From assembly GCF_006345805.1 (NCBI RefSeq), contig NC_042997.1, positions 139,624,001 to 139,688,000 on the forward strand: DNA of 64,000 nucleotides. The letters are read 5' to 3'. Positions 36,301 through 48,049 of the stretch are shown piece by piece. Under the pieces are notes generated by a model. The model saw only the letters and a list, made by a program, of their open reading frames with translations. It had not been told where the DNA came from and ran no database searches. The DNA comes from Octopus sinensis (Eukaryota). The translations under genes were made by a program, and so were the position numbers. Numbering within the stretch: the stretch's first letter is position 1; each line of letters begins with the position of its first letter.

Positions 36301-39300
36301 AAAAATACAAATAACAGTTATTACTTTACAACAAAAGTACCTTTATTCACTGAAGAGTTATAAAAATATTTTTCTAAAATCATTTGACAGAGAGGTAGTG
36401 CCATTAACACAGGCCAAAATATGACGATGAGATTGATATAGTTCATGTTCAGTCTGAATATCTGTAGGTTGAACTTTTAGGAAAACATGAGTAGCAACTC
36501 TGGAGAAGATTGATTAGGAAAAAGGGTTTAGTGCATGATTTTGAGAGGAGGAAGAATGCATGGAGTGAACTGGACAGAGTGGTTTGCTGCTCACTAGCAC
36601 AAAGAGATGAAGTTACTGTGTTGATAGAAGAGACACTATTTTGAGCCAGTGACATTTTCGTGTTGGTGAGCAGGTCTTCACCAATCAGCTGGACAACCTT
36701 CTTTTGGATGTAATTCAAGGTGTAATCCAAACATGCACAGTGCAATTAAACTTCATAAAGAGTGGGTAATTGGTTGCATTGAAGTTGTCATTGTTGTGCA
36801 AGTAATAAACAAAGCAGAGGCAATTGATGTAAGTCAGTCAGTTACTGTTTCTCTACAGAAGTATTTTATGACCTTGAACAGGAAACCTAATCTTTAAAAT
36901 GCAATAGGTACAAGTACAATGAACTTGCAAATCCCAAGATTTTTATACACACTGGTTGCTAAAAATTAGAGGGAACATTAACCCTTTAGTATTTAATCCA
37001 GCCCAAATATTATACTTGTTTTATATACCAACTAGCCATATTCAGCCTCTCACACCTACTCTACATTGCCATACTAAAAATATACAAGCACATCATCAAA
37101 ATCTCAATACAAAAAGATAATGCATGAGTAATTCAAAATAATGCAAATAAATAAGCTTTATATTAGACAGAATAATCTGAATGCTAAAGGATTAATCTCT
37201 GACTTCTTTGTTCAATGTGTCCTTCCTTTTTCAAGACAACTTGGATGTGGTTTAAAGGAGATTTGGCTGCTATCTCTAGCAAGTAAAGTAACCACATAGA
37301 GACTGCCTCATTGGTCCATATTAAATGTACAGATTAAATGTAGTTGAAGTTTTACATAAAGCATTTAAAAAAGAAAATTGTCAACTTTTCACTTATAAGA
37401 AATAATTTTCATTCCCCTTATGACAAGGTCATCATGCATTAAAAAGTAGGGGAGATGATGATGGAAAATTAGGGCTTTCTGTTCAGCCGGAATTGTTCTG
37501 AGTTGATTGATGGTGGGTAAAATATTAGAGAGGAGAGTATTACTGAAAGAAAAATTCTAAATAAAGAGTGCACAAGATGTAATAGTATGGCATCTAGAGC
37601 TTAGGGTACAGTAGGAAAAAAAAAGACAATATTTATATTAGATTTGGTGCAGATGAATTCAGAGGTTCACACATGGTAGTACTATAGGGAGAAAAACAGC
37701 ATAACAGAGTGCCAAAGGTTGTAGAGTGTTATTAAGTTAAAGTTTAACTACTAGGAGGCTAAACTTTTCTTCAGTTTATTTGGGAAATAAGACTACAGAA
37801 TAAATGTCTTTAAAAATATTAATAAGAAAACTACAAGAATGATTTCTTTTTAAATACTGTTGGTCTTTTTAAATACAGTAATTGTATAGTAAAAAGGAAA
37901 AGATATTTCATCTTACATGCTAATCTTTTCAATTCTTCTTCTTTCTTTCTCCTATAATTATTGAGTTGGTCTGTGTGTGATTGCATATGTTGTTTCAGTT
38001 CCTGGGTTTCGCTAACATTCTCCAATCGCACAAGGGCTGACTCAACTGAATCACAACTCTCTTCTAAGCAAGCTACATAAAAAAAAAATTATCTTTACAT
38101 TATATAGAGAAACACACAGAAAATTTCATAAGCTTTACAGTTTTGAGTGACATACTGAAATTTATGAAATAAAACAAATCATTAAACATGAGAAACACTT
38201 AACCTCTTTAAAAAACCATACGATGTGTGCTAACCCCCAAATTTTCAACCTAATGTGGTAAATTGTTTTGGTTTTTTTCTTCTTCTCATTTTTATGTATA
38301 TATTTAAATCTAAGATAATAAATGCAAACCCGAAGTGTTACAGCTGCAAACTCTACATAATTTTTCTATTAGTAAAACAGAATTTAATTAACATAAATAT
38401 ATCTTCAAACATTTATATGCAATCCTAATTAAAGATCTGATTAAGTGTCATAGAAATTTGATACTGCTAAATCTTTCATTAGCTTAATAACATCCATATT
38501 CATCAGGTCTATAGACATTATCAGTAACACACTTTGAAAACTTGATGTGATCCCAGCCACTGGCTTAACAGAGGTTCTTCTACCCAGCATCCTGTGAATG
38601 TTGTCATTGGTCAGCAGCTGACTCCTTCACTAAGACTGCACATCCAATATACTGTTACCTACAGCTTTCCCTATAACCCAATGAGCAGTGAACTCAAAAT
38701 CAGTTCACTGCTTGAACCCTCACCAAACACAACAAGATAAGGCTTGATGACACATACACCTACTTGCTATGGACTGTTCTGAAAATTTTCAGGAAAAAGC
38801 ATCAGAACAAACAAAGGCTGTGTGGCAGTCTTCTTACTATCACTGAGATAGACACGTGTTTTTCAGAGCATTGTTGGAGAGTTAAGCAAGACCTTGTTAG
38901 TGATACACTAAACTCCTATGGACACACTGACATAGATACACACAATTTGGCCACCCAGTAAACAAATCATTCATCAACTAGCTTTGTATGGACACTGAAT
39001 GTTGTCCTGCTGATCTCCTGAATGCTATGCAAGATTGTGATGGGCAGCATGACTGATTCAGAGCAAATCTGAGCAACCTCAACATAATGATTACTGCTAA
39101 AGGTAGGGAACAGCTAGTAGCACAATGATAATATATTGGAATTTTTAACTGGTGATATGAATTTGACTCCTATCTATTTCTTTTGTAGCTAGTATTGTAG
39201 TGTGACAGTAAAGCTTCGTTGAAGAAAGTATGTAGGCTGCTTTTTATTTGCAGTTGGAGTGTTTTTATTTGTGACACTAAGGCACTTGGTATAATCATTC

Positions 39301-42300
39301 ATATCACTTCTTATGCTCTAGTAAGTGTAAAATGTCTTGTCTATATAAAACATTGATATTAGTTTCCTAGCTGCTTGTCAATACCAATGCTCATACAAAC
39401 AATGCCATTGCATGTGATCTTTCTATTCCTTGTCAGTCTACATAAATTCCAAAGAATGGAAAAAATGAGAAACAGTGGAAATCTTGCTTACCCAATAAAT
39501 CAGTCAAGTTCTGCAAAACACCCAAGAAACTTGGAAGACTTTTCACTTCTCTATAAAATCCAGTTAGATTGTTACAGTTCTTTTTTATATCACCATATAT
39601 AATTTGGATTTCACGGTCCAATGACTGTAGAAATAACAAAAACAAAATTAAAACCAATAACATTAATAATACAAACATTTTAAGAATCATTCTAAAACAG
39701 TTGGACTGTACCTATAACCATCAAAAAGATGGCACCAAAGAAAATTAAGATATTGAATAATTCAAGATGTTAAACAAGAATGTACAGGAAGCTAGTATTG
39801 CATGTAGAGTTAGGTACAGGCTGAAGGTTTAAGAAGAATCCAACTGGACTTTGAGTTAAAGCCAATCAATTTACTAGATAATATATAAACTGAGATACTG
39901 ATTAACTATAATTTCAAAAGTAGAAAAAGGTAAAAAGGTTTATCGTTTATAATGTATCTATTTTGGCCTTCTAAAAGTTGATAGCAAAATAAATTAAAAG
40001 ATTTCCCTTAACTCTGTAGAAATAGAAATTTGTGCAAGAAGCAAAGTTTGTGGGAAATATTTTTGTGCAAGAAATGAAACTATTTTTTACACAAAACTAA
40101 AAGTAAAATAAGGAATTCCATTACCTCAGCTTTCTTGGCATTTTCTTCATTGGCTTTTTGTATATCTTTCCATAATAACTGATACCTGTAAGTAATGCCA
40201 CATATCTTTTTATCACAGGAATTTCTGATTGATCCACAATCATATTTATGAATAAGCCACTTCTTTTAAAAGCAAGATTCACATCATCTTTTATTATTAT
40301 TTTTATATTCTCTAAAAATATCTTAACCCTTTATTCAGTTCAACTGAATAAAACAAATAAGGCTTGTCCTGATATAATACTATTTGCATACTTTAAACTC
40401 ATAATGTATTGTTGTTACTTTTGAAAGACAGGGAGATGGTATATCATGAGTATGATAAACCAGATTATTGATTATTCCGGTATAAGGATCTTACTGTCTT
40501 TACAAGAAAATAATTTAGGAAGCTCTTATTAAACCCTATTGATTCCACAGTAAATTTTTTTTTTTTCTCATTTTGAAATGTTAGAATAATAAAATAATAA
40601 ATAAACAATGAATGATCTTTTACTTGATGCATTCTAGCATTGTTTTAAAGTTATTAACATCAAAGTTACAGGCAAGAAAATTGACTAATAAAATGAACCT
40701 TGAACAAGCCATTTGTCATTTTCAAACACCATCATTTTGCCACAGTACATTAACCTCATGTTCTTAATGGCAATGTATATTTTCATTCCAAAAATGTATT
40801 TAATATACTTGGCTGTTTGTTCGTAACCCATTTTTATAGCTATCAAATAAATATAAATTACAATACATCATAGAAAACTTAATAACAGCTAGTAGCATAT
40901 TTACAAGGTATTCTAAATCTTGAACATACAAGTTTATTTTCACATGTATTTTTTTAATAAGTAAATGAAAAGACTGCGAGAAGTAATGTAAAATTGAACA
41001 CTTTCAGTACATACTTGTAAAGAAGATCAGCTCCTGCATCATAGTTTACATGGTCTACAGGATTCACTTTCTTAACAGGAGTCAGAACCTCCTGATTTTT
41101 GATGAGGTTGATCCTGTTGAAGAGGAGGAAAAAATATTAGTTGCCAGCGTATTATTCAAATATGAATCAAGATTTGTGACACATGTCAGGGAAGTTCTCT
41201 AATCAAATAACTATTGTTTTAGAAAGGGAGTTGATTAACATTTACCACTCAAAATACCTCTGGAATTCACATATCACCTATTTCCCCCTCAACTACTGAG
41301 CTTCAAAAGGTAAAGCTGAAAATTAACCCTACAAACTTAACCCAGTTGCTCAGCAGTCTAGAAAGACTATGATCTTCTTGGATTAAATTTAAGAAGAGAA
41401 AAAAGAGATATTTTGGTCAATTTTCAATGATTTACAAAGTGAGACTCAAACTGAATAATTTAAAAAAACAGGGTCGTAGACAGTTTAGTAGGTGCAGTTA
41501 TTTTAATTAGAGATTTGTGTTCTTACATCATTTAGACTCTACAACTGGATATAGTTAAGTACTATAGTCAATTAAGTCAAACCTAATAATACATAGAGAT
41601 CAAAGAAAACTGTGGGCCATTCCAAGTCATTCGTCCAACTACCTGCAAGTCATAAGATTGATCTGAGCACCCCAGAGGTGACATGGAGTTATACAATAAC
41701 ACATTTTTCGATTTACAACAGCAAAAATTTTATTTTATTGTACATCAAACTCTTACAAGAAGCTACATCTATACTTCATTGCAGTACAAAGCATACTAAC
41801 TTCATTAATCTCTATCAATACATGGAAAAATTATTGCTGCAACAAGCTTTGAAGTAATAGTTGAATTTATAACTGATGACATATTTATAACATTAAAATT
41901 ATTATTTCTCATATCATCAAAATTTACATTGGCTGCATGGCTTTTAACAAACATATCAATCAGTTCTTTGAATATATATAATACAAGACAGTTAAGATTC
42001 ACAGAAAATTTGTCACTATAGAACAGGCCAAGGTTCATATAAACACCATTATTTCTAAAGTTCAATCAGAACATTTTTCTTTTTATGTTGATATGCATTC
42101 TCAACCATTTTTTTTTATCTATGGACCCTTTTGATTACTACTTTATTTGAGTGGACCTCCATAGCTAGTCAATGTTTAAAAACTAATCTTATAGGAACTG
42201 CTTTCAAAATTCCTATTTTGTTTTTCATACATTAACTTGTGTAGCTTGAACTATGTAAAATGTTAGAGAAAGAAACCTATCTGTTTCTTGCAATACATAT

Positions 42301-44284
42301 CAATACATACATCTAAAGCAAAATTTTTTCAGGGGCCTTTAAAATACTATTGTGACCCCCCACCAATTACTATTTTGTTATGTGGACCCCTACCCCAAAT
42401 CTTATATGGACCCTTAGGAGCCATATGGATCTTGATTGAGAATCACTGGAGTAGATAAATGAATAATAGTGTCTATACATGTATATGTGTTTTTCTATTT
42501 TACCTGAAACCTCCCTTACAAACCTACCTTTATTACAAGTATCTTCCACTCACAATACAGGAATCGCACAACCAACAATAACCATTTGCATCATATGTCC
42601 ATACTAGCATAGCTACTTCTGTACATACAATATAATACCCTTCGCATCTAACAATGTCCTTAGCCCGCTTACACAATCTTTCTCATATAAGTAAATCACA
42701 TCTTATTTCATTCTTTCACTGCAACATCAATGTTTCAAGCCATTGACTAAACTTTAAAACTGTGCATGTGCTTGTTTACACTGCTATGTATACCTATATG
42801 AGTCCTATCTTGTATTTGAATGGTCAAATACAGAAATATAGAAAAGCAGGCATAATTGCTTAAATCAACTCAGAATTGTGAAACACATCACTTCCATTAC
42901 CCTCAAGAATAATTAAGTAACCCAGCCTTTCTCCATACATATAAACTACAACAAAGCCTAATTGCTGAGATGTAAACGACTTCATTATCAATTTTTGGTT
43001 ATGTAGCAGCAATTTAAGACTTGATAAGGAAACACTGTCTCCCATAAGTTCAACTACTTTCATATCTCTGATCATTCAAAAACACCCTTAAATATAGAAC
43101 ATATAGTCAAAAGTGCTTGATGTGAAGTAGAACAACATTAAAAGACAAGTCTCCAGTACATCTGGTCTGTGGAAGTCATGCTGGTGGTTACAATGGAAGG
43201 CAAGCTACTCAAGGTGATTGTGGATAACTTTCTGTTTCCTTTAAGTTATATGAGGTGAGTGCAATAGGTGAGAGAGATGCAAGGCTGCACTTTTTCATGA
43301 AGAGAAATATTGTATTTCCAAAGATTGAGAAAGGCTCCTGTAGAGAGAGAGAGGTTGATGAGCTTGGTAAGGATAAAGACTAGTCCTGGAACATACGACT
43401 GAGAATTATGGAAGGGTTATTATCAGGAAAAGTCACCTGTTGGGTTATAGTGATTAAAGGAGCTTTTATATTAGGTGGTTGCATATGCATGATTAAAGAG
43501 AGTGTAGGTGGAATTTTGTTGAGTGATGTATTACAGAGATAGAAGGGGAGTGCGCATCAAATTGGGAAACTTCTTCAGCTGATGTGTTGCTAACTTAACC
43601 ATCTAGATTGAAAAATAGGAGTTGGAGTATTCTGCAAAGTTGATGGTGTCAGATAACTAGAAATTTCTGTCAGAGAACAAGTAATCTCTGCTGTAATATG
43701 GTAGGGAGGAGAGCATGCAGATTGTGTAACACAATAAGACATCCTTTGCTTTGCTGATGTTAGTTTTGCAGTTTTGGGTAAAAGCATCCCAGTTGAAGGT
43801 AGTGATGTCCATACTGCTACAAAACAGTTTAAGTGAGCCACTTAGGGTTTTGGGTAGTTATATGGAGAATGAGAAGGGATATACCTAGGAAGATGGTTTC
43901 AGTCACCCAGTGTTAGATTAGTTTGTGTGAAACATTTTCTGCCAGAAACAGACAGCCTAAAAGTAGCAAAACTCTGACATAATTTTCAGATTTGACATAC
44001 CAGCCATTCAACGTATTGGCTTTAATAGACAGTGATCAAACTATTCATGAAACAAATCATGGATGTTTGTTATGTCTGACATATATGTTGGGAGTGGATA
44101 ATTGGTGCAGAGAGTTGATGGCTACAAACAATTCAGCCTTTACTTCAACAGTGGCAGTGAAGGAGGAGTGTGAGATCCATGGTGTTGATTGAATTGAAAT
44201 GCCTAAGACCAATAATTTCAGAAAGACGTGAGGTGAGATAAAAGTGTTCCATGCAGATAATATGCCCAGATGATGGATACTTCG

Positions 44285-44348
<64 letters not shown>

Positions 44349-46536
44349 AGGATATTATTGTTTACAATAATATCAAGTGGTACAGCATGCGTAAATAACA
44401 TCAATTAATGTGTATCAGTGAAAATTTATGGTTGTAGCCGTCTTCTGGCTGCGATTTTTAGCGTGCTTGTGCCACTTGTAGCACCCTCAATTATTAATAT
44501 ATATATATAATCAGGCAGTCTCTCAATGACGTACACTAACAACAATTTATAAACATTCTTACAACAATTTTTAACATTTCCTTGATGTCTAGTAATCAAG
44601 AGAATTATTTGATATTCCTATTTACCCCATGTGAACAAAGAATTATAAAATATATACAATGGGTTAAGATTTCCTAAGCTGATGGATCATCTTTTCTTTT
44701 CATGACACATCAGCATAGACCACTATTTATCTGTGTGCATATGCGTTGCTAAAATAGACTATTTTCAACAAATTATAGTTATTAAGAGCAAACCTCTGTC
44801 CAAAGGTGCTCCAACCAGGACCATCTTGTCTTTTAAGGGGTATTTAGAACCATATTATCCAACGTATTCGTCCAACTATCCAATGCCGTCTTAAGGCATT
44901 GAACAGTTACCCAGGAGCCCCACAGGTTTGGGGCCCAATTCCGATCTGTGTACGCTTCGCCTTGTTGACAATAAATACATTCATCTGCCCACGAGCCAAC
45001 AATGTTGCTAAAATGACCCTGCCACAACCACCACCTTTTCCCCTTCATGATAGAAGGGTAATTTTAATAAGATATGGCTGCTATTTCTGGCTTATCGAGC
45101 GACTGTCTGGTTTCAAATTCTGATTAAGGTTTCCCTAAATTAGTTACACCGGTTATCTATAAAATGTCCCAGTAAATATAGTCAGTCGTAAGGTGTTTAA
45201 TAACTGTAACCAACAGTTACTTTAAACACTGATGTAGCTCAATATCATAAAAAATAGTATATTTCTTTTAGAAGTAAGAAACAAAAAGAATTCAACTTTC
45301 TATACGTTTTAAGTTTCTGATTGTTACTTTCTATTCATTTCTCCCTTCCAGTTGCACTTTTATTGTACTTTTATTTAGTTCTGTTTGGCTACGAAGTTAC
45401 CCTATGGATAATTGGAGTTGGTATTCATGCCGTTACAAATAATAATAATAAATAAATAACTACCGAAAGATACTGAGTATACATTCATTAAGAATTAGTT
45501 ATTTGTCGAATCCATTATTTTAAAGACATAATTTCGTTTGTAGCTTAACTCGCTCTTTACACTTAGCTTCAGCTTTACGTTACTCACTATTTCAAATCAT
45601 ATCCTTTAGTCTTAAAAAGAAAAAAGGAAAGAAGTTAGCATGGACATATAAAAAGATGAGGTGGTCATAGGTGGAACTCAGATATGTCTGCTTGATCAGT
45701 ACTGACCTACGAGTTAAAAACAACACACTGCGAGCAGAAAACAGGTGTTAGTAACACTTACGCATCTCCAACTAAAGACAATATAAAATTTATTAACGAA
45801 CAACAAAAAAATGCCACAAAGCATAAAAGGCTTCGTTACGAAAGCACTAAATCCACATAAATTTGGCAAGACAACTGTGATCAGATCACATCCTGCTCCA
45901 TTCATAACCTCAAACTTGCCTTCTTGCTCACAGTGTTAGAACAAGCATATATGATCGAAGACATTCCAGCTGTGACCGTCCTCTGTAAATCGAACGCTAC
46001 AATATCTAATGTAATTTCATTTCAGGCGATAGGGCATAATTTCAGAGGGATTTAGCTGCCATTTCTAGCAGGTCGAGTTACTGAGATGTGAATAAATATA
46101 TAGCAGCATTATTAGATGAAAAGCTACCAAACTTAACTAACATCCTTTTTTTCTTTGAAAATTATACTGTAAACAAGCAAAACCAAAATAAAGAGAAGGG
46201 GTGTTTTGAAATTACGAAAAAGAAGAAAAAAAATCATTTTGTAGATATAAATATTAAATGACTTGTCATATCTAACCCAAGATCCTGCAGAATTCAACAA
46301 CGAATAAAGCTTTCCTCCTGTTATTAACTAAAACGAAAGAACTAAGTCTAATTATAAATAATACACACCCATAAATAAAAACGAAAGATGTACAGAACAA
46401 ATACACGAGTTGAAATGAAACTGAATTGCCAGAAACAATCACCGAATAGAAAATATACTAATTAGATAGAATACCCAGCTGATAAATCCTGCTGAACGGT
46501 ATGGAATTTATCCTTAATCACTTCGAAAACACTCAT
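32035..46536 (-). CDS. DTNBP1: Dysbindin (dystrobrevin-binding protein 1; BLOC-1 subunit 8), 7 coding exons, 360 aa
   Basis: Minus-strand exons 46536-46475, 41113-41015, 40185-40125, 39624-39492, 38072-37917, 36293-36153, 32465-32035 join in frame (1083 nt), all GT-AG. Translation aligns by eye with dysbindin: MSVFEVIKDKFHTVQQDLSAG, AGADLLYKYQLLW, LEESCDSVESALVRLE, QLNNYRRKKEEEL, LRERSETFEEAFQNDLDYYRTHG, LDLSDITLDQDESGLAAFL, followed by an acidic S/T/E/D tail. Confidence 0.94.
32980..33665 (-). mobile_element. Cluster of family A SINEs in DTNBP1 intron 6
   Basis: Reverse-complement tails and heads, including a young copy at about 33172-33520. Confidence 0.8.
33680..34560 (-). mobile_element. 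Highly decayed CR1/L2-like LINE
   Basis: Degenerate IALTPIILK (PIALTS-type) motif; similar to the remnant at 42850-43900. Confidence 0.4.
35324..35598 (+). mobile_element. tRNA-headed SINE with hammerhead-ribozyme-like tail, 10-bp TSD
   Basis: A-box TGGCATAGTGG, B-box GTTCGATTCC, (AAT)n, CTGAAGA-tGGCTG-loop-CAGCC-GAAAC at 35484-35516, no poly(A); direct repeat AGTGAAGTGG at 35314-35323 and 35599-35608. Confidence 0.85.
36153..36293 (-). CDS. DTNBP1: DTNBP1 coding exon 6 (QKNVELAVQAEKK...FEEAFQNDLDYYRTHGHMN)
   Basis: T-tract+CAG acceptor, donor GTATGT, 141 nt; FEEAFQxD dysbindin motif. Confidence 0.94.
36430..36780 (-). mobile_element. CR1/L2-type LINE RT C-terminal fragment
   Basis: LNYIQKKVVQLIGEDLLT...SLAQ and FPKS..QIF motifs typical of this group. 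Confidence 0.55.
36982..37191. mobile_element. piggyBac-type MITE (210 bp)
   Basis: TTAA-CCCTTTAGTATT ... AATGCTAAAGGA-TTAA. Confidence 0.75.
37917..38072 (-). CDS. DTNBP1: DTNBP1 coding exon 5 (CLEESCDSVESALVRLENVSETQEL...ELKRLA)
   Basis: T-tract+TAG acceptor, donor GTAAGA, 156 nt, phase 1 to 1. Confidence 0.92.
38480..39090 (+). mobile_element. Decayed RTE-type LINE C-terminus in DTNBP1 intron 4
   Basis: LWTVLKIFRKKHQNKQRLCGSL...EHCWRVKQDLVSD resembles the RTE post-RT region. Confidence 0.55.
39492..39624 (-). CDS. DTNBP1: DTNBP1 coding exon 4 (SLDREIQIIY...LQNLTDLL)
   Basis: ttctacag acceptor, donor GTAAGC, 133 nt. Confidence 0.9.
40125..40185 (-). CDS. DTNBP1: DTNBP1 coding exon 3 (YQLLWKDIQKANEENAKKAE)
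   Basis: ttacag acceptor, donor GTAATG, 61 nt. Confidence 0.9.
41015..41113 (-). CDS. DTNBP1: DTNBP1 coding exon 2 (INLIKNQEVLTP...YDAGADLLY)
   Basis: Pyrimidine tract + CAG acceptor, donor GTATGT, 99 nt, phase 2 to 2. Confidence 0.88.
42091..42448 (-). mobile_element. hAT (Charlie-like) MITE, uninterrupted copy
   Basis: Terminus TTGAGAATCACTG at 42436-42448; internal sequence matches both ends of the 57818-59039 element in reverse. Confidence 0.65.
42850..43900 (-). mobile_element. Decayed CR1/L2/Jockey-type LINE RT fragment in DTNBP1 intron 1
   Basis: Minus-strand motifs PDNNPSII, ILTKLINLSL, PIALTSYNLKETES, QHDF in broken frames. Confidence 0.65.
44284..44346. repeat. (TA)n microsatellite (representative; others at about 131-186, 4256-4335, 9750-9795, 27140-27202, 50710-50757, 51675-51710)
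   Basis: Directly visible dinucleotide runs. Confidence 0.95.
44881..44940 (+). mobile_element. hAT (Tip100-like) terminal fragment
   Basis: CAATGCCGTCTTAA...CCCAGGAGCCCCAC...GGGGCCC resembles hAT-Tip100 left ends; no right end found. Confidence 0.35.
46475..46536 (-). CDS. DTNBP1: DTNBP1 coding exon 1 (MSVFEVIKDKFHTVQQDLSA)
   Basis: ATG at 46536-46534, donor GTATTC at 46474, phase 2; VQQD motif of the dysbindin N-terminus. Confidence 0.9.
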
Positions 46537-46587
46537 CACTGGTTTGTTGTCGTTTCACGAACTCATAAATCCGTTCATCTTTGATGG

Positions 46588-46633
46588 CATATGACCTCTT
46601 ATCACGTGACCAGGTTTGCGTAGATCACATGAC
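46588..46633 (-). promoter_or_regulatory. DTNBP1 proximal promoter E-box cluster (CLEAR-like + M-box-like)
   Basis: Minus strand: GTCATGTGAT (46633-46624), GTCACGTGAT (46610-46601), GTCATATG (46595-46588), 52-97 nt upstream of the ATG, in a CpG-retaining region. Confidence 0.7.
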
Positions 46634-46695
46634 AAGGATTAATCCTCTTCGAATTAGATTTGTAACTTGAATGGTTTAAGGTGGAAACTTTAGGT

Positions 46696-46842
46696 CAGTC
46701 GTGGGTAACTTGCGGCCCGCGGGACTTTCTGAATGGCACGCCTAACGAAAAATTACCATGAATTCTTTTAGTAGTGCGGGCCGCCTGATAATGAACTGTG
46801 TCTCATGCGGTTAGCTTCTCGGAAAAAAGTTGCTTATACCTA
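46696..46842. mobile_element. hAT MITE (MER58-like) immediately upstream of the DTNBP1 promoter
   Basis: CAGTCGTGGGTAACTTGCGGCCCGCGGG ... GAAAAAAGTTGCTTATACCTA; imperfect 8-bp flanks ctttaggt / ttttagag. Confidence 0.6.
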
Positions 46843-48049
46843 TTTTAGAGTGTATGATTATGAGATGTTCATGCTTTTCCTATGAATTATAACAGAGTTA
46901 ATATTGTTTGAAGTGGGATGGACTGCCTTGCTCTAAATACTCTACTAAAACAACATCTTCAGATTCAATTCTGTGTTTGTTTAATTTCACTTGGAAAAAT
47001 CTGTCTTGTCAGGTTTCAAAAGTAAGGAACTATATGACTTTAAATCAATTAAGTTCCAAAGTTTCAGTTGTCTTTGCTGCTCTTAGGAGAAAGGACTCTT
47101 GGGCTGTCTTGCTTAAAATATGTTATAGGAAAAGGGCAGGGTTTAAATATTTGATTTTCATATTTTAGGCTCTTTGTAATCGAAAGTGAAGTGAAAGTAG
47201 TGTTGTTTTTTGTATGCGCTTTATCAAACTGAAAAGTCCGACCACACCGCTAATATAAAGTCGGCGACACGGTTTACAACTGTGATTCGCCCTATCAAGT
47301 GATATTCGCTTGGAGCCATGGGGAATACGCCCCTCAGAATTCAGGGAATTATGTGTCTTAGCAATGAACACTGTTTATTTTATCACCTGTTATACGGAAC
47401 TTTCGTTTGATTAGTGGAATTGTATTAATTAGGAAAGTTTGGTTCAAAAAAATCTTTGCTTTCGTTTTTGTTACCACTGATGAAGCTATGGCAAAGCTTA
47501 TATTCCCATCCGGTCTGTCTGGAGTGACAAACGTGTTCGGACAGGAAGATGTTCGGTTAATATTTACTAGTGGCCGTGTTTAACTTCGTATAACTACAGT
47601 TTGGGGCCTCGGCCGACTCTGACTCCTCATAGGTAATTTGAATGCATATTTTTTAATGAAATTTCGCAGAGATACGCCTTCAAGGACATAGATTGCAATT
47701 TGTTAACAAGGCTTAAAAAAAACTGAGAGCAAAGTATCAGATCACTCAATCACCATTAACTCACTGAGTTGCTGAAGCAGAAATATCATTATAGCAAATG
47801 TGCAAATATTCTGCTCAATATCACAGATTTGCTTGTCAATTGCTTGACCTTAACCGCGTAGTGGCTGACAAAATGTGCATCAGTGATCATGAACAGCTGT
47901 AGTGGGAGAGTATCATAGCCATGTATTGAGAAGTATTCTATGGGGTTTGAATAAATGTAACAAAAGCAAAGTTTGAAGGAAATATTAGTCATTTTTCATA
48001 CTTTCTAGGAGTAAGTAAATAAGAAATAACAGTTGCTACCCAAAGACAA

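Noticed and set aside
7270-46474. U12-type introns
   Set aside because: All 21 coding-region donors are U2-type; the closest (GTATTCT, DTNBP1 intron 1) does not match RTATCCTT.
47231-47542. RNase P/MRP RNA (GAAAAGTCCGAC with a complementary TTCGGAC)
   Set aside because: Only a 6-bp P4-like match; the CR-V consensus and closing P1 helix are not recognisable. An Rfam cmscan would settle it.
47581-47592. loxP-like half-site TAACTTCGTATA
   Set aside because: No inverted second arm at 8-bp spacing; the nearest reverse match (45390-45399) is 2 kb away. Chance match.
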